A stretch of 63,346 bases of DNA, counting the filler, from Rhizaria sp. SCN 62-66 (taxonomy: Eukaryota), in NCBI GenBank assembly GCA_001724265.1. It is 3 parts of 3 records of this genome, joined end to end, with 100 filler letters (N's around TTAATTAATTAA, not from the genome) between each part and the next. Parts side by side here need not be neighbours in the genome. Positions count along the whole stretch, not along the records: positions 47,733 to 63,346 come from MEDY01000492.1; 2 more parts are not named here. One strand, written 5' to 3'. Positions 54,143 to 63,346 of the stretch are shown here, piece by piece. Made by a program: the position numbers and the translations under genes. Every line of letters begins with the position of its first letter. Position 1 is the stretch's first letter. The notes under the pieces are model-generated. The model worked only from the letters and a program-made list of their open reading frames with translations, did not search any database and was not told the DNA's origin.

Positions 54143-56505
54143 GCAGCGGTGTTCAAGTTCCCGTGACCGTGCGCAGCGGCAGCGGATGGGCAGCACGTGT
54201 CGGCCACAGCCCGGCAGCAGCGGCCGACAACGCCGCCCGCGGCCGCCGCTCCGCCCCGCGCCGCGCCCGCGGCCGCAACGGCGCCGGAACGCGCCGCGCC
54301 CGCCGCAACGGCCGGCGTCGGCAGTGCAAGCTCCAGGTGTCCGTGTTGCAGCAGCAGGCGCAGGTAGTTGTCCGCGCGGAGCACGCGGCGCGTGACGTCG
54401 CGGGCCGAGTGCGGGCGCGAGGGAAACAGCCGCGGCCCCAGCGCGGCGAGACGGCGCGCCAGCTGGCCCCACGACAGCTGCGCCAGCGCCTGGTCATCAG
54501 CCACGCCCAGCTCGGTTCGCAAAAATTCCGCCGTAGCGGCGTCCGCGGCGAGCGCGCGGACCACGGCGGCCGTCTGCCAAGCAAGGTAGAGCGCGAAGAC
54601 GAGCAGGTACAGGAGCACGGCGGCGGCCGCGGGGGACGGCGTGGTGGTGAAGAGCCTCGCAAAGGCCGAGAAGTCGAAGATGGAGCATTGCGGTGCAGGG
54701 CAATCAAAAAGATACGTCCAGCGCACGACAAGGAAGAGGAACGCCGAGAGCAGCACAGTGAAGGCCGTGGTAAGCAGGCGCGTGGCGCGGACCGCGAGCG
54801 AGCGCGTGTGTCCGCGCGCCGCGTGGTAGGCCAGCACCGACGCGAGGAACGCGTCCAGGTCCGCGACCGCGAGCGGCGGCTTAACTAACGGGCTCGACTC
54901 GATCCAGGGGTAGCGCTGCCGCGCCGCCGCCGCGACGGCCGCGACCGCGGCGGGAGCCACAGACGCCGCAGCGGCAGCGCGGGCGGCGGCGGCCACGGCC
55001 ATGGTGGCGCCGTCGCGAGGCGCGGGCCGCTCGGCCGCCTCGGCAGCCTCGGCGGCCTCGGCCACGGGCTCGGCCGCAGACTCGTCGGTGTGGCGGACGG
55101 GCGCAGCGCTGTCGCTGTGGGCGTTGACGCTCGCGGTGATGTTGACACGGCGGGCGTTCGCGCTCATGTTGCTACGGTTAAAGGGAGCGTAGATGTCGTC
55201 GTCGTTGTCATCTTGCGTATTGCCGATGTTGTTGCCGCTGCTGCTGTTGGGGTAAAAACCGTCCCCTTGGTAATAGCCGTTGTCGCCTTGAGTCACGCTG
55301 TTGTAGTTATTGTTGTTGTTGCTATCGCCAAGCAAGTCGGGGTACTTAAACCCCGGATAAGGATCCAAGGGGTCCATTACACTGTTATTAATGGCATTTG
55401 CTACCGTCACTTGAGCGTTAGCAGCAGCGGCAGCGGCCGCGGCAGCAGAAGCAGCAGCGGCGGCGGCGGCGGCACGGCGGGCCTGGCGCTTGCGCGCCTG
55501 TTTGAGCGCCGTATCGACGTCGGCGTCGGCCTCCTGCTCGTCGCTGCCGCTGCCGTCGCCAGCGCTGTCGCTGTCTGGGGGGGACCCGCGGCCACGCGTG
55601 CCCCCCGCGTTGCCGTTGCTGTTGCCCTCCGCGCCGGTGCCGTCGTCGTCGGGCGCGATGCTGTTAAGGTAAGCCGCGTACATCGCAGTGCCGTCGTTGG
55701 ACCAACCAGCGGCAGCAGCTGAGGAAGCTGCAGTCGGATTTGCGGCATCAGTGACGCTCTTGGCATTGCTGCCGGCGGCTGTCGTTGCTGCGGCGGCCGA
55801 GGGGAGCCACACAGCCTGTCCGGGCCCGAAATCAAGCTCCAACGCGTCACCGGCATTGCCATTGCCCGCATTGTTGTTGTTGTTGTTGCTGTAATTGTTA
55901 CTGTTATTGGGCGCGAGTGGCGGCGAGTAAACGTATCCATACCCGCTCACAGTCCCCGGTCCTCCCAGTCCGCCCAGTGCCCCCGGACCGCCCAGCCCGC
56001 CGCCGCCGCCGCCCGCCGCCGCGACGGCCGCGGTCACGGCCCCGGTGACAGCCCCCGCGGCGGAGGTCAGGACGGGGACGCCGTCCCGGATGACGTTGCC
56101 CGCCGTCTCGAGTCCGCGCTTCGCCGAATCCAGTCCGCGGCGCGCAGAATCGAGCCCGCGGGACGCCAGCGCGGCGGCCTGGGTGCCGGCAGCAGCTCCC
56201 GCGGCGGCGGCGGCGGTGGATGTGGCAGCGACGGAGGCGTGCATGCGCGCGATGACGCCGTTGGGGGCAGCGGGGGAGGGCGCCTGCTGCTCGATCTCGT
56301 GCCCTTGCGCCTGTTGCTGCTGTTGCTAATACTGCTATAGCTGTTGCTGTTGCTGGAGCTCGAGCTGCTGCTGGTACTGTTGTTGCTGCTGTTGCTGCTG
56401 TTGCTGCTGTTGCTGCTGCGGAGTCAGAGCTGGGGAGACGGGCACACCTGGGTAGAAAATCGGCGGCCCGCGCCTGGAGTCGTGCTGGAAAGGAAATTGC
56501 GACAT
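48737..56505 (-). CDS. ATG9: Autophagy lipid scramblase ATG9, 3 exons, ~2461 aa if the two N-terminal TAGs are read as sense (otherwise start at 56244)
   Basis: Exons 56505-49882, 49679-49338, 49156-48737. Introns 49881-49680 (GTACGT..AAACAG) and 49337-49157 (GTTCGT..CTAACGCAATTTTAG). ATG9 blocks in order: DLDAFLASVLAYHAARG, LTTAFTVLLSAFL, LSWGQLARRL, DVTRRVLRADNYL, LLEWSI, NLALLPF, RTWTLHARWLLGNTNELPH, AYISGAAAGVILLL, FLEVLSVALTPLVL, TVAVPGMG. Confidence 0.92.
56311..56418 (-). repeat. CAG/CAA polyglutamine tract with two in-frame TAG codons
   Basis: The minus strand reads ...CAG CAA CAG CAA CAG CTA TAG CAG TAT TAG CAA CAG CAG CAA CAG..., in frame with ATG9. Confidence 0.92.
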
Positions 56506-57242
56506 CGCGCGAAATTGATGGCGCGCGCTGAGGCGTCTGTGCGCTGAGTGAGCGTCGCTAAAGTTGGTTTAGTTCGACACTCCAGACAAATCAGGGATGG
56601 AGACACTGAGAGTATTGACGGTGCTATCAGAGTACAAACAACAGTCTGACGGGATAAAAAATGAGTTTTTGGAATAAAAGTTAGCTAGTATATAGCTTTG
56701 TTTATGTTTGAAAGAAAAGGAAGAGTATGGAGAGGATGGGTGAGCTGAAATGAAGACTGAAGAATGGCAGACACGCGATTGTGGTCACAAAGTTTGCGAT
56801 GGCACAGAAAGGTGGATCGCAGTATTGAAAGTGAATTAATAAAGGAAGTAAGAGATACGTGTAAGACTATTTTGATACTCAAGTCTCATAACGATCAACG
56901 GATGATGGAACCAAGGATGATCTAATTCTTAAAGGCTAGCGAGACGTTAGCCTGTTCGATCCCTCCCGCTTGACGACAGCAGGACACCCAGAAGCGTTCC
57001 AAAACAATGCTGTATCTCAATACTCTGATCGTCTATAGCGCTTTATGCAATGAATTTGATTTAAAGCAACTGTATATAGCTTATATTTAAAATGAAATAT
57101 CTCTATCTTCCAAACGCATCATAGTAATCTCATTTTTGACTCGCACCCTCCGCTTGTGTGTGTTTCTTGATTCACTTTCCCCAGCGCGTCTCCCGAACTC
57201 CGATCTCTCTGCACACCTTTCCCGGTCTCTGCGCAGCGCACG
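56506..57242. promoter_or_regulatory. Putative bidirectional promoter between ATG9 and the PH-FYVE-C2 gene
   Basis: A 737-nt AT-rich spacer between divergent ATGs. Positional inference only. Confidence 0.5.
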
Positions 57243-58195
57243 ATGAGCGCGCGCCCGCCGTCCCCGCGCATGACGCCGAGGCTGGGCTCCGCCCCGCCGC
57301 CCACAGTCATCCGCCCCGCCCCAGCGCTACCGCCACGCCAGCCCTCCTCCAACCCTAACTCCAGCGCCAGCGCAAACGCCAGCGCAAGCGCCAGCGCAAG
57401 CCAGCATCAGCAGCCACGGCAGCAGCAGCAAACGACCCCTGCGGTGCCGCGGCGCGCGGGCGTGCCGTTCCCGCGCACGGCTTCCTCCGCGGGCTACTAC
57501 TCGACACCCGACGGTTCGGCGCCGGCGTTGGGTGAGCGGCACTTAAACTCCATCCCGGGGCCCCACAACGTGCGCATCCCTGTCGCGGACGGCGCACTCA
57601 CCACGTCGTTTACCTTCTCCAACCGGCCCGTGCTCACCGCGGAGCGCTCGCTGCACCTCGCGCTACAACGCGTCAACAGCAGCGCCGGCAGCGGCGGCGG
57701 CGGCGGCGGTGGCGGTAATGGGGTCTCTGCTGGCAACCTGAACGGCGGCTACAGCAACAGCACGACACCGAGCAGACTGCGTGCGGGCAGCCTCAGCCGT
57801 GCCTCTTCGGGCGCCGGCGCCGGCTTTAATGCGGGTGCGGGCGCGGGCGCGGGCATTGGGCTTGAGCGAACAGCGTCTCGGCTGCCTCCCCAGTCTCCCG
57901 CCTACCCCAGCATTAACAGCAGCTATTACTACGGCAACGACACCAACGCGAGCGCGGGCGCGGGCGAAGGGCCGAACCCCCCCGGTGTGCTGGGTCCAAT
58001 GCGCCTGTCGGTGCTGCCGATCATTGCGGAGGCGTTTCACACCTCGGCCTCAGCCTCTGCGGAGTCGGGCGAAGCGGCTGGCCCGCAGTCGCAAATGCAG
58101 TCTAACGGCAACGGCAGTGGCAGTCCGGGGACCGTGGGCTGGGGGGCTGCCCCGCCGTATCTGCCCCCGCCTCGGCAACGCGGCAACGACTACGA

Positions 58196-58232
<37 letters not shown>

Positions 58233-61200
58233 AATGATGGTAACATTAATGGCAAAAATGGCAAAAGCAGGCGCCCAATATTGTCGGCCGCCGAGAGCGC
58301 GCGCGCGGCGGCGCGGGAAGAGGCCGCGCTCCGCACGCTTATGGGCGTGCCACAGTCCGACAACAGCGACAACGACGACGACGATGGGAGAGCCAAGGCC
58401 AAGGCTGAGATGCGGCGGAGACGCAGTGCCTTCTTCGGCAAGACCACCGGCTACAACAACAGCAGCAGCAGCAGCAGCAGCGAGAACAAAGACTACAACG
58501 ACATCAGCAGCGCGAATGCGCGCCCCGCCAACCGTCTCAGCGGCCACGCCCAGAGTAGCGCGGGCGGCTTCAAGGGCGGCGGCGACAAGAGCGGCGGCGG
58601 CGGCGGTCTCAGCGTCGGCGCCGAGGCTTCTGGGGACGACTACGGCGCGTTCGGCGGCGACACAGGCGTGGACGTGGACCTGGCGGACATCACCGCGCGC
58701 GGCTTTGTGCTCAAGCGCGGCCGTGTCACGTGGTCGCGTCGCTGGCTTTCGCTCGACGCACCCGCGCTGGCGCTGCGCTGGGCCGCGTCGCCCGACACGC
58801 CCGCCAAGGGGCTGCTGCCGCTGCACCGCTTCGACGTCACGCCCAGCGACGCGCGGCTTGAGACTCTCACGGCCGCGCAGGTCGACTGTGTCACCGCCCA
58901 CGCGGGGCCCTGCCCGTCGCGGTGCGCGCCGCTCGTCCTCGCCGCGGCCGCCACAGGAGGCAGCGGGGGAAAAGTCAAGCCGCCGCCGCTGCCGCGCGGG
59001 CTGGGCGGGCGGTGGGGCACGGAACTCACGGTCACGTGTCCCGTGCGCACGCTGGTTATCCGCGCGCCCTGTCTGCGCGAGTGCTGGTTGTGGCTGCGCG
59101 CGCTGCGCCAGGTTCAGCGCTACCTGCAGCAGGAGGCGCGCGTCTGGACCGTGCCTGCGCGGCTGCCCTCGCTGCAGCGGCCCGTATCCTCCGCGCTCGC
59201 GCGGGGCGGCGCCGGCGCAGGTGCGGGCGCGGGCGCAGGCGCAGGCAGCTGGCAACAGCAACAACAGTTAATGCTTCAGCAGCAGCAGCAGCTGATGTTG
59301 CTGCAGCAGCAGCGCCAGCAGGCCGCCGCCGCAGCGGCCGGCTTTGGCCAGAGCGAGGGCGAGGGCATCTACGCGGTGCGCCAGGCTGCCGTCATCTCGC
59401 TGCCGCAGTCGGCCATCGCCACCGACGCCGCGGGGCTCCACGCGAACGCCGACGGTACCGGCACCGGTACCGGCACCGGCACCGGCACCGGCGGGGGCGG
59501 CAGCGGCGGCGGCGACGCGGGGGAGGCACTGGAGGCGCTGGCGGCGCAACAGCAGCAGCAGGAGCTGACTGTACGGCTGCCACGGTTCCTGGTGCAGCCC
59601 GGCGGCGGCATGCCCGTGGCGCTGTCGCAGCTGCCCATGCAGCAGGTGCTGCCGCGAACCGCCTCCGAGGACGCCCTTGCGGCCTCGCGCCTTCGCCACC
59701 ACGGCGGCGACGGCGTCGGCGACTGCAGCGACGCCACCGCCGCTGGCGCGGAGGGGGAGGAGCCGGCCGTCGTGTACAACAACGACGGCGACGACGACGG
59801 CGGCGCCCGCGCTGCGAGCAGCAACAACGACGACGACGCTGACGACGAGAGCGACGACGGCGCCAGCAGCTCTCGCACCCGCGCCCGCCGCGCCGCCGCG
59901 CTGCAAGGCAACGCGAACGCCGGTGCTGCGAGCGCGGCGGCGAGAGGCAAGACGGCGCTGCCGCCGGTGCGCGTGTCTGTGGCCGAGGCGCAGCACTGCG
60001 CGACGTGCAAGCACCGGTTCAACTTCTTCCGCCGCGGCCAGCACTGCCAGGCGTGTGGCTTCGTCCTCTGCTCCTGGGGCGTGCGCTGTCTCTCGGCCAG
60101 CGACCCGCGTACGGGCGCACGCTACTGCGGCCCCTGCACGCAGGAGCGAACGCACCTGCAGACACGGCGGCACGCGGCGACCAGCAACATCCTGGTCGAG
60201 ATCGTGGCCGCGCGCAACGTCGTCGCCGCCGACCTCAACGGGCTCTCGGACCCTTACTGCGTGGCGCACTTTGAAGGGCAGACGTTCCGCACGCCGATCG
60301 CGCAGAAGACGCTGAACCCGACCTTCAACTGCCAGCTCATGATACCTTGGGTGGGCGTGGAGCAGTGCCTCAGTATCGCGCTCTTCGACTACGACCGCTA
60401 CTCCTACGACGATTTCCTGGGACTCGTCTTTGTGCCGCTGCACGAGCTGCAGCCCGACGTGCTGTACGAGGACTGGTTCCCGCTCACCGCGCGGCCCGGC
60501 TCCGGTCCTGCCGAGACGGACGTGCGCGGGCACGTGTTGCTGCGCATCGTCGTGTCCTCGTCGGTCATGGGCGCCATCTTTGAGTCCATGTGGGACGGCG
60601 TCGTGCCGCCACCCAAGGCCGACTTCCAGGCCACGGCCGTTGTCGCCAACATCAAGCGCCTTGCCGCCATCATCTCCTCCTTCAACATCGGCTACTGGCT
60701 CGGCGAGGTGGGCGGCATCCTGCAATACCGCTCGCCAATCGCGACCGTGATTGCCTCGTTCGTGTGGATCGCGGCGGCGATCATGTTCCCGTCGGGCTAC
60801 ATCCTGCCGTTTGTGGTCATGCTGCTCTGGCTCAAGCTGCTCAGCAACGGCATCGAGGCGCGCCTCAACGAGCGCTTCGCCGCCAACGGCGTCCGCACCC
60901 GCATCAGCACGCTCAAGGAGGAGGATGCCGCGGCGGCCGCCGTCGCGACGGCGGGCGGGGTCGGGGGCGACGCGGCAGACGCCGCCGCCATTTCGCTGGG
61001 CCCCGACTCGGCGCTGGGCTCGGCCATGGGCAACTTCTCCAGCGCGGCCGCCGTGACGCGGCAGCGCGAGCGGCGGCTGGCGGCGCTGCGGCGCAAGGCG
61101 GCCGAAGCTTTGAAGCCGCCGCAGGAGCGCGCGACGTGGTTCTTCGACGTCGAGGACGAGCTGGCCGTGTTCGACAGCCTCAGCGCGCACGTCACGCGCA

Positions 61201-61667
61201 GCACCGAGGCCGGCGCAAACATTGTTGCGCAGTGGCCGAACTCGACGGGCAACGACAGCGAGCCGGACGCCGTCAACGGCGACGCCTCGAGCGACAGCGA
61301 CGGCGAGGGCGACGGCATCATCTCGACGCTGCGGCGCGTGCGCAGGACGCTCGGGATGATCCAGAACACGATTGGCTTTATCTGCGACATGCTGGAGCGC
61401 GTCCAAAACGCGTTCCGTTGGCGCGATCCGCGCATGTCGCGCTGGCTGCTGACTGTACTGACCGTGCTCATGGTGATCACGTCGATCGTACCGCTGCGCG
61501 TGCTGCTCATCCTGCTGTGCATCCACCAGATCTCCAAGCGCTGCCGCCTGCTCATCAAGAAGGTGCCGCCCGTCGAGGAGATTCTCAACTTCCTGGAACG
61601 CATGCCCACCGACGCGGACCTCTACGCAAACAAGCAGTCGGTGCCCAAGGCGCTCCTCAAGGCTTAA
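57243..61667 (+). CDS. PH + FYVE-type zinc finger + C2 + MCTP-type C-terminal transmembrane region, 1474 aa
   Basis: PH: ARGFVLKRGRVTWSRRWLSL..RTLVIRAPCLRECWLWLRAL (~58690-59115). FYVE-like: CATCKHRFNFFRRGQHCQACGFVLC..YCGPC (~59970-60140). C2: VEIVAARNVVAADLNGLSDPYC..KTLNPTFN..LFDYDRYSYDDFLG (~60190-60555). Two hydrophobic hairpins plus IQNTIGFICDMLERVQNAFRWRDP, the MCTP/PRT_C signature. Confidence 0.88.
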
Positions 61668-61992
61668 GCAGGCACGCTGTATTTAGACACCTAGAACAAA
61701 GAACACACTCAGTCACACTTAAGATTCTCATGTGACTTTACTTTAGTTATGCTTACTATTATTAGAAAAGGTCGTTTAAAAATAAAGTGTATTGATCTTC
61801 TTTCTGATAAGTAATGGTGTTGAAATAAATGTACATGTACACGAAAAGAAGATCAAGCAAGCCGTTGTTGTGATAGTAATTAGGTTGACATCGTATCAAT
61901 AAGAATAGGAGTTGCTGCTATAAAAAATGAAAAAGCTTGATTACAGTTTCAAAAAATAAAATGCGTGTTGAAGTCAGGAACAGCAATAGTAA

Positions 61993-63346
61993 TTAGAAGA
62001 AGCGGTCGATGCTGGCGTCGGTCTTGGGCCGGTGCGCGTCGCCGACGACCGTGGGCGCCGCGGGGCGGCCCATGATCGCGACCGGCACGTGGCCCTGCGA
62101 CGGGCTGATGGCCACAGACCGGCGCGACACAACTGCCGCGGCCGCCGCGCTGCCCGCGCCGCCCGCGCCGCCCGCGCGCTTTGACGCCAGGTAGTCTGCG
62201 AGCACAAGCTTCTTGTTCGCCGCGATCAGCTCCTGCACGTTGGCCTTGAGCGCCTTCACCTCGTCCGCGAGCACGTCCGCCGCATTGGCGCGGAGAGCGA
62301 CGCGGAGCTCGTTCTCGGCCGCCACGCGCGCCTGCGCCTCGGCGGCCTGCGCGGCCTGCGCGGCGGCAAGCTTCTCGCGCATCTCCGCGTTCTGCTCCCA
62401 GGCGCGCGAAACCTCCTGGTCGCGCTCTTCCAGCGCCGCGCGCGGCACCATGCTCATCACTTCCGCGCCCGCGACGCCGCCCCCGGCCGCGGCGCCGTCG
62501 CCCGCGCCGGCAGCAGTGTCGCCACTGTTGCCGCGCAGCGAGCCGGTGATCTTGGCGAAGAGCCCCTTCTTCTTGGGCTGCGCGGAGGCTGCGGCGGCCA
62601 GCGCGGCCGTCTTGGCGTCGGCGTCCGCGCGGCGCTCGCGCTCGTAGTCGAGCTGGACGAGGATCTGCTTCTCCCACTGCGCCTTAAGGCTCGCGACCTC
62701 TTCCTCAGCGCGCGCGAGCTTCACCTCGGCGCCCGCGCGCTCCGAGGCCTCGCGCGTCACGGCCGCTTCCAGCTCGGCCACACGCGCTCGCAGGTCCTCG
62801 GCCGCGATCGTCTGCAGCGTCGACTCGCGACGCAGCCGCAGCAGGTCCGCGCGCGCCGCCTCGCGCAGCCGCGTCGCCTCGGCCGTCGCGGCCGTGCGCG
62901 CGGCCGCGCTCTCCTCGTCGGCCTGCGCGCGCGCGCGACGGGCCGCCTCAGCCTCCTCCGCCGCCGCTGCCGTCTCGGCCTTGGCGGCGGCCAGCGCGGC
63001 GCGCAGCCGGGCGATTTCGCCCTCGGATTCGCTCGCCGCGCGCGCGCCGCTCTCCCGAGCCGCTGCGGCCGCGGCCTCGGCCGCGGCAACGTCACCGCGC
63101 AGAGCGGCGGCCGTCTCGGCGGCGGCGCGGTCGCGCGCGGCCAGCTCGGCGGCAGCGGACTCAGCCGCAGTCTCGGCCGCAGTGGCGCGCTGCTGCGCAG
63201 CCTCAGCGGCGGCCTCGGCGGCGGACATGGCTGCAGCCGCAGCAGCAGCGGCAGCGGCGGTCTCGGCCGCGGCGGAGCGCTTCTGCTCCTCGCCCGCAGC
63301 AGCGGCGTCGCCCGCGCGGGCCTCCGCCGCAGCGGCCTTGGCCTCG
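61993..63346 (-). CDS. Ala/Glu/Arg-rich coiled-coil protein, 3' part
   Basis: The frame is open from the window end to TAA 61995-61993. Heptad-rich (LRARVAELEAAVTRE, LARAEEEVASLKAQWE, LADEVKALKANVQELIAANKKL). Family not recognised. Confidence 0.8.
   Translation of the reverse strand, partial: EAKAAAAEARAGDAAAAGEEQKRSAAAETAAAAAAAAAAMSAAEAAAEAAQQRATAAETAAESAAAELAARDRAAAETAAALRGDVAAAEAAAAAARESGARAASESEGEIARLRAALAAAKAETAAAAEEAEAARRARAQADEESAAARTAATAEATRLREAARADLLRLRRESTLQTIAAEDLRARVAELEAAVTREASERAGAEVKLARAEEEVASLKAQWEKQILVQLDYERERRADADAKTAALAAAASAQPKKKGLFAKITGSLRGNSGDTAAGAGDGAAAGGGVAGAEVMSMVPRAALEERDQEVSRAWEQNAEMREKLAAAQAAQAAEAQARVAAENELRVALRANAADVLADEVKALKANVQELIAANKKLVLADYLASKRAGGAGGAGSAAAAAVVSRRSVAISPSQGHVPVAIMGRPAAPTVVGDAHRPKTDASIDRFF

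Noticed and set aside
36879-56337. TAG codons as pyrrolysine sites or as parts of tiny introns
   Set aside because: All lie in polyQ low-complexity tracts rather than catalytic sites. I saw no GTACGT-like donor or AT-rich intron around them. Gln is the simplest reading.
349-63095. Hundreds of overlapping and antisense ORFs in the track (e.g. 395..1729 +, 35050..36816 +, 59268..61526 -)
   Set aside because: Shadow ORFs expected in GC-rich, stop-poor coding DNA. They are Arg/Gly/Cys-rich or mirror the Ala runs and carry no family motifs.
1-63346. Mobile elements, tRNA/rRNA genes, prokaryotic operons or defence systems
   Set aside because: I recognised no transposase, integrase or reverse-transcriptase motifs, terminal repeats, cloverleaf or rRNA sequence. 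All identified genes are eukaryotic, several with spliceosomal introns.

Overview
Eukaryotic, gene-dense protist DNA with very GC-rich exons and short AT-rich GT-AG introns and spacers. The organism is probably ciliated (JHY-like gene) and has aerobic mitochondria (SURF1). The window is three contigs (1-22849, 22950-47632, 47733-63346) joined by artificial N44-TTAATTAATTAA-N44 linkers, so synteny across the joins is meaningless. I find 14 protein-coding genes. Contig 1: partial RPL6, a mitochondrial DDX28/RH39-type DEAD-box helicase, a 5563-aa intronless Ala-rich protein, a small orphan and partial RPS15. Contig 2: a BRCA1/BARD1-like RING-PHD-BRCT gene, a CUE/UBA-like protein, a ~3800-aa ankyrin-repeat protein, SURF1 and a JHY-like protein. 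Contig 3: partial RPL21, an inflated ATG9, a PH-FYVE-C2-MCTP-tail membrane protein and a partial coiled-coil protein. The main finding is three in-frame TAG codons, all inside CAG/CAA polyglutamine runs of otherwise open genes (36879-36881, 56326-56328, 56335-56337). None of the 10 visible gene ends uses TAG (8 TAA, 2 TGA). This suggests a nuclear genetic code in which UAG is read as Gln while UAA and UGA remain stops. It is a hypothesis from three codons and needs genome-wide and proteomic testing. All family assignments come from motif recognition by eye; no searches were run.
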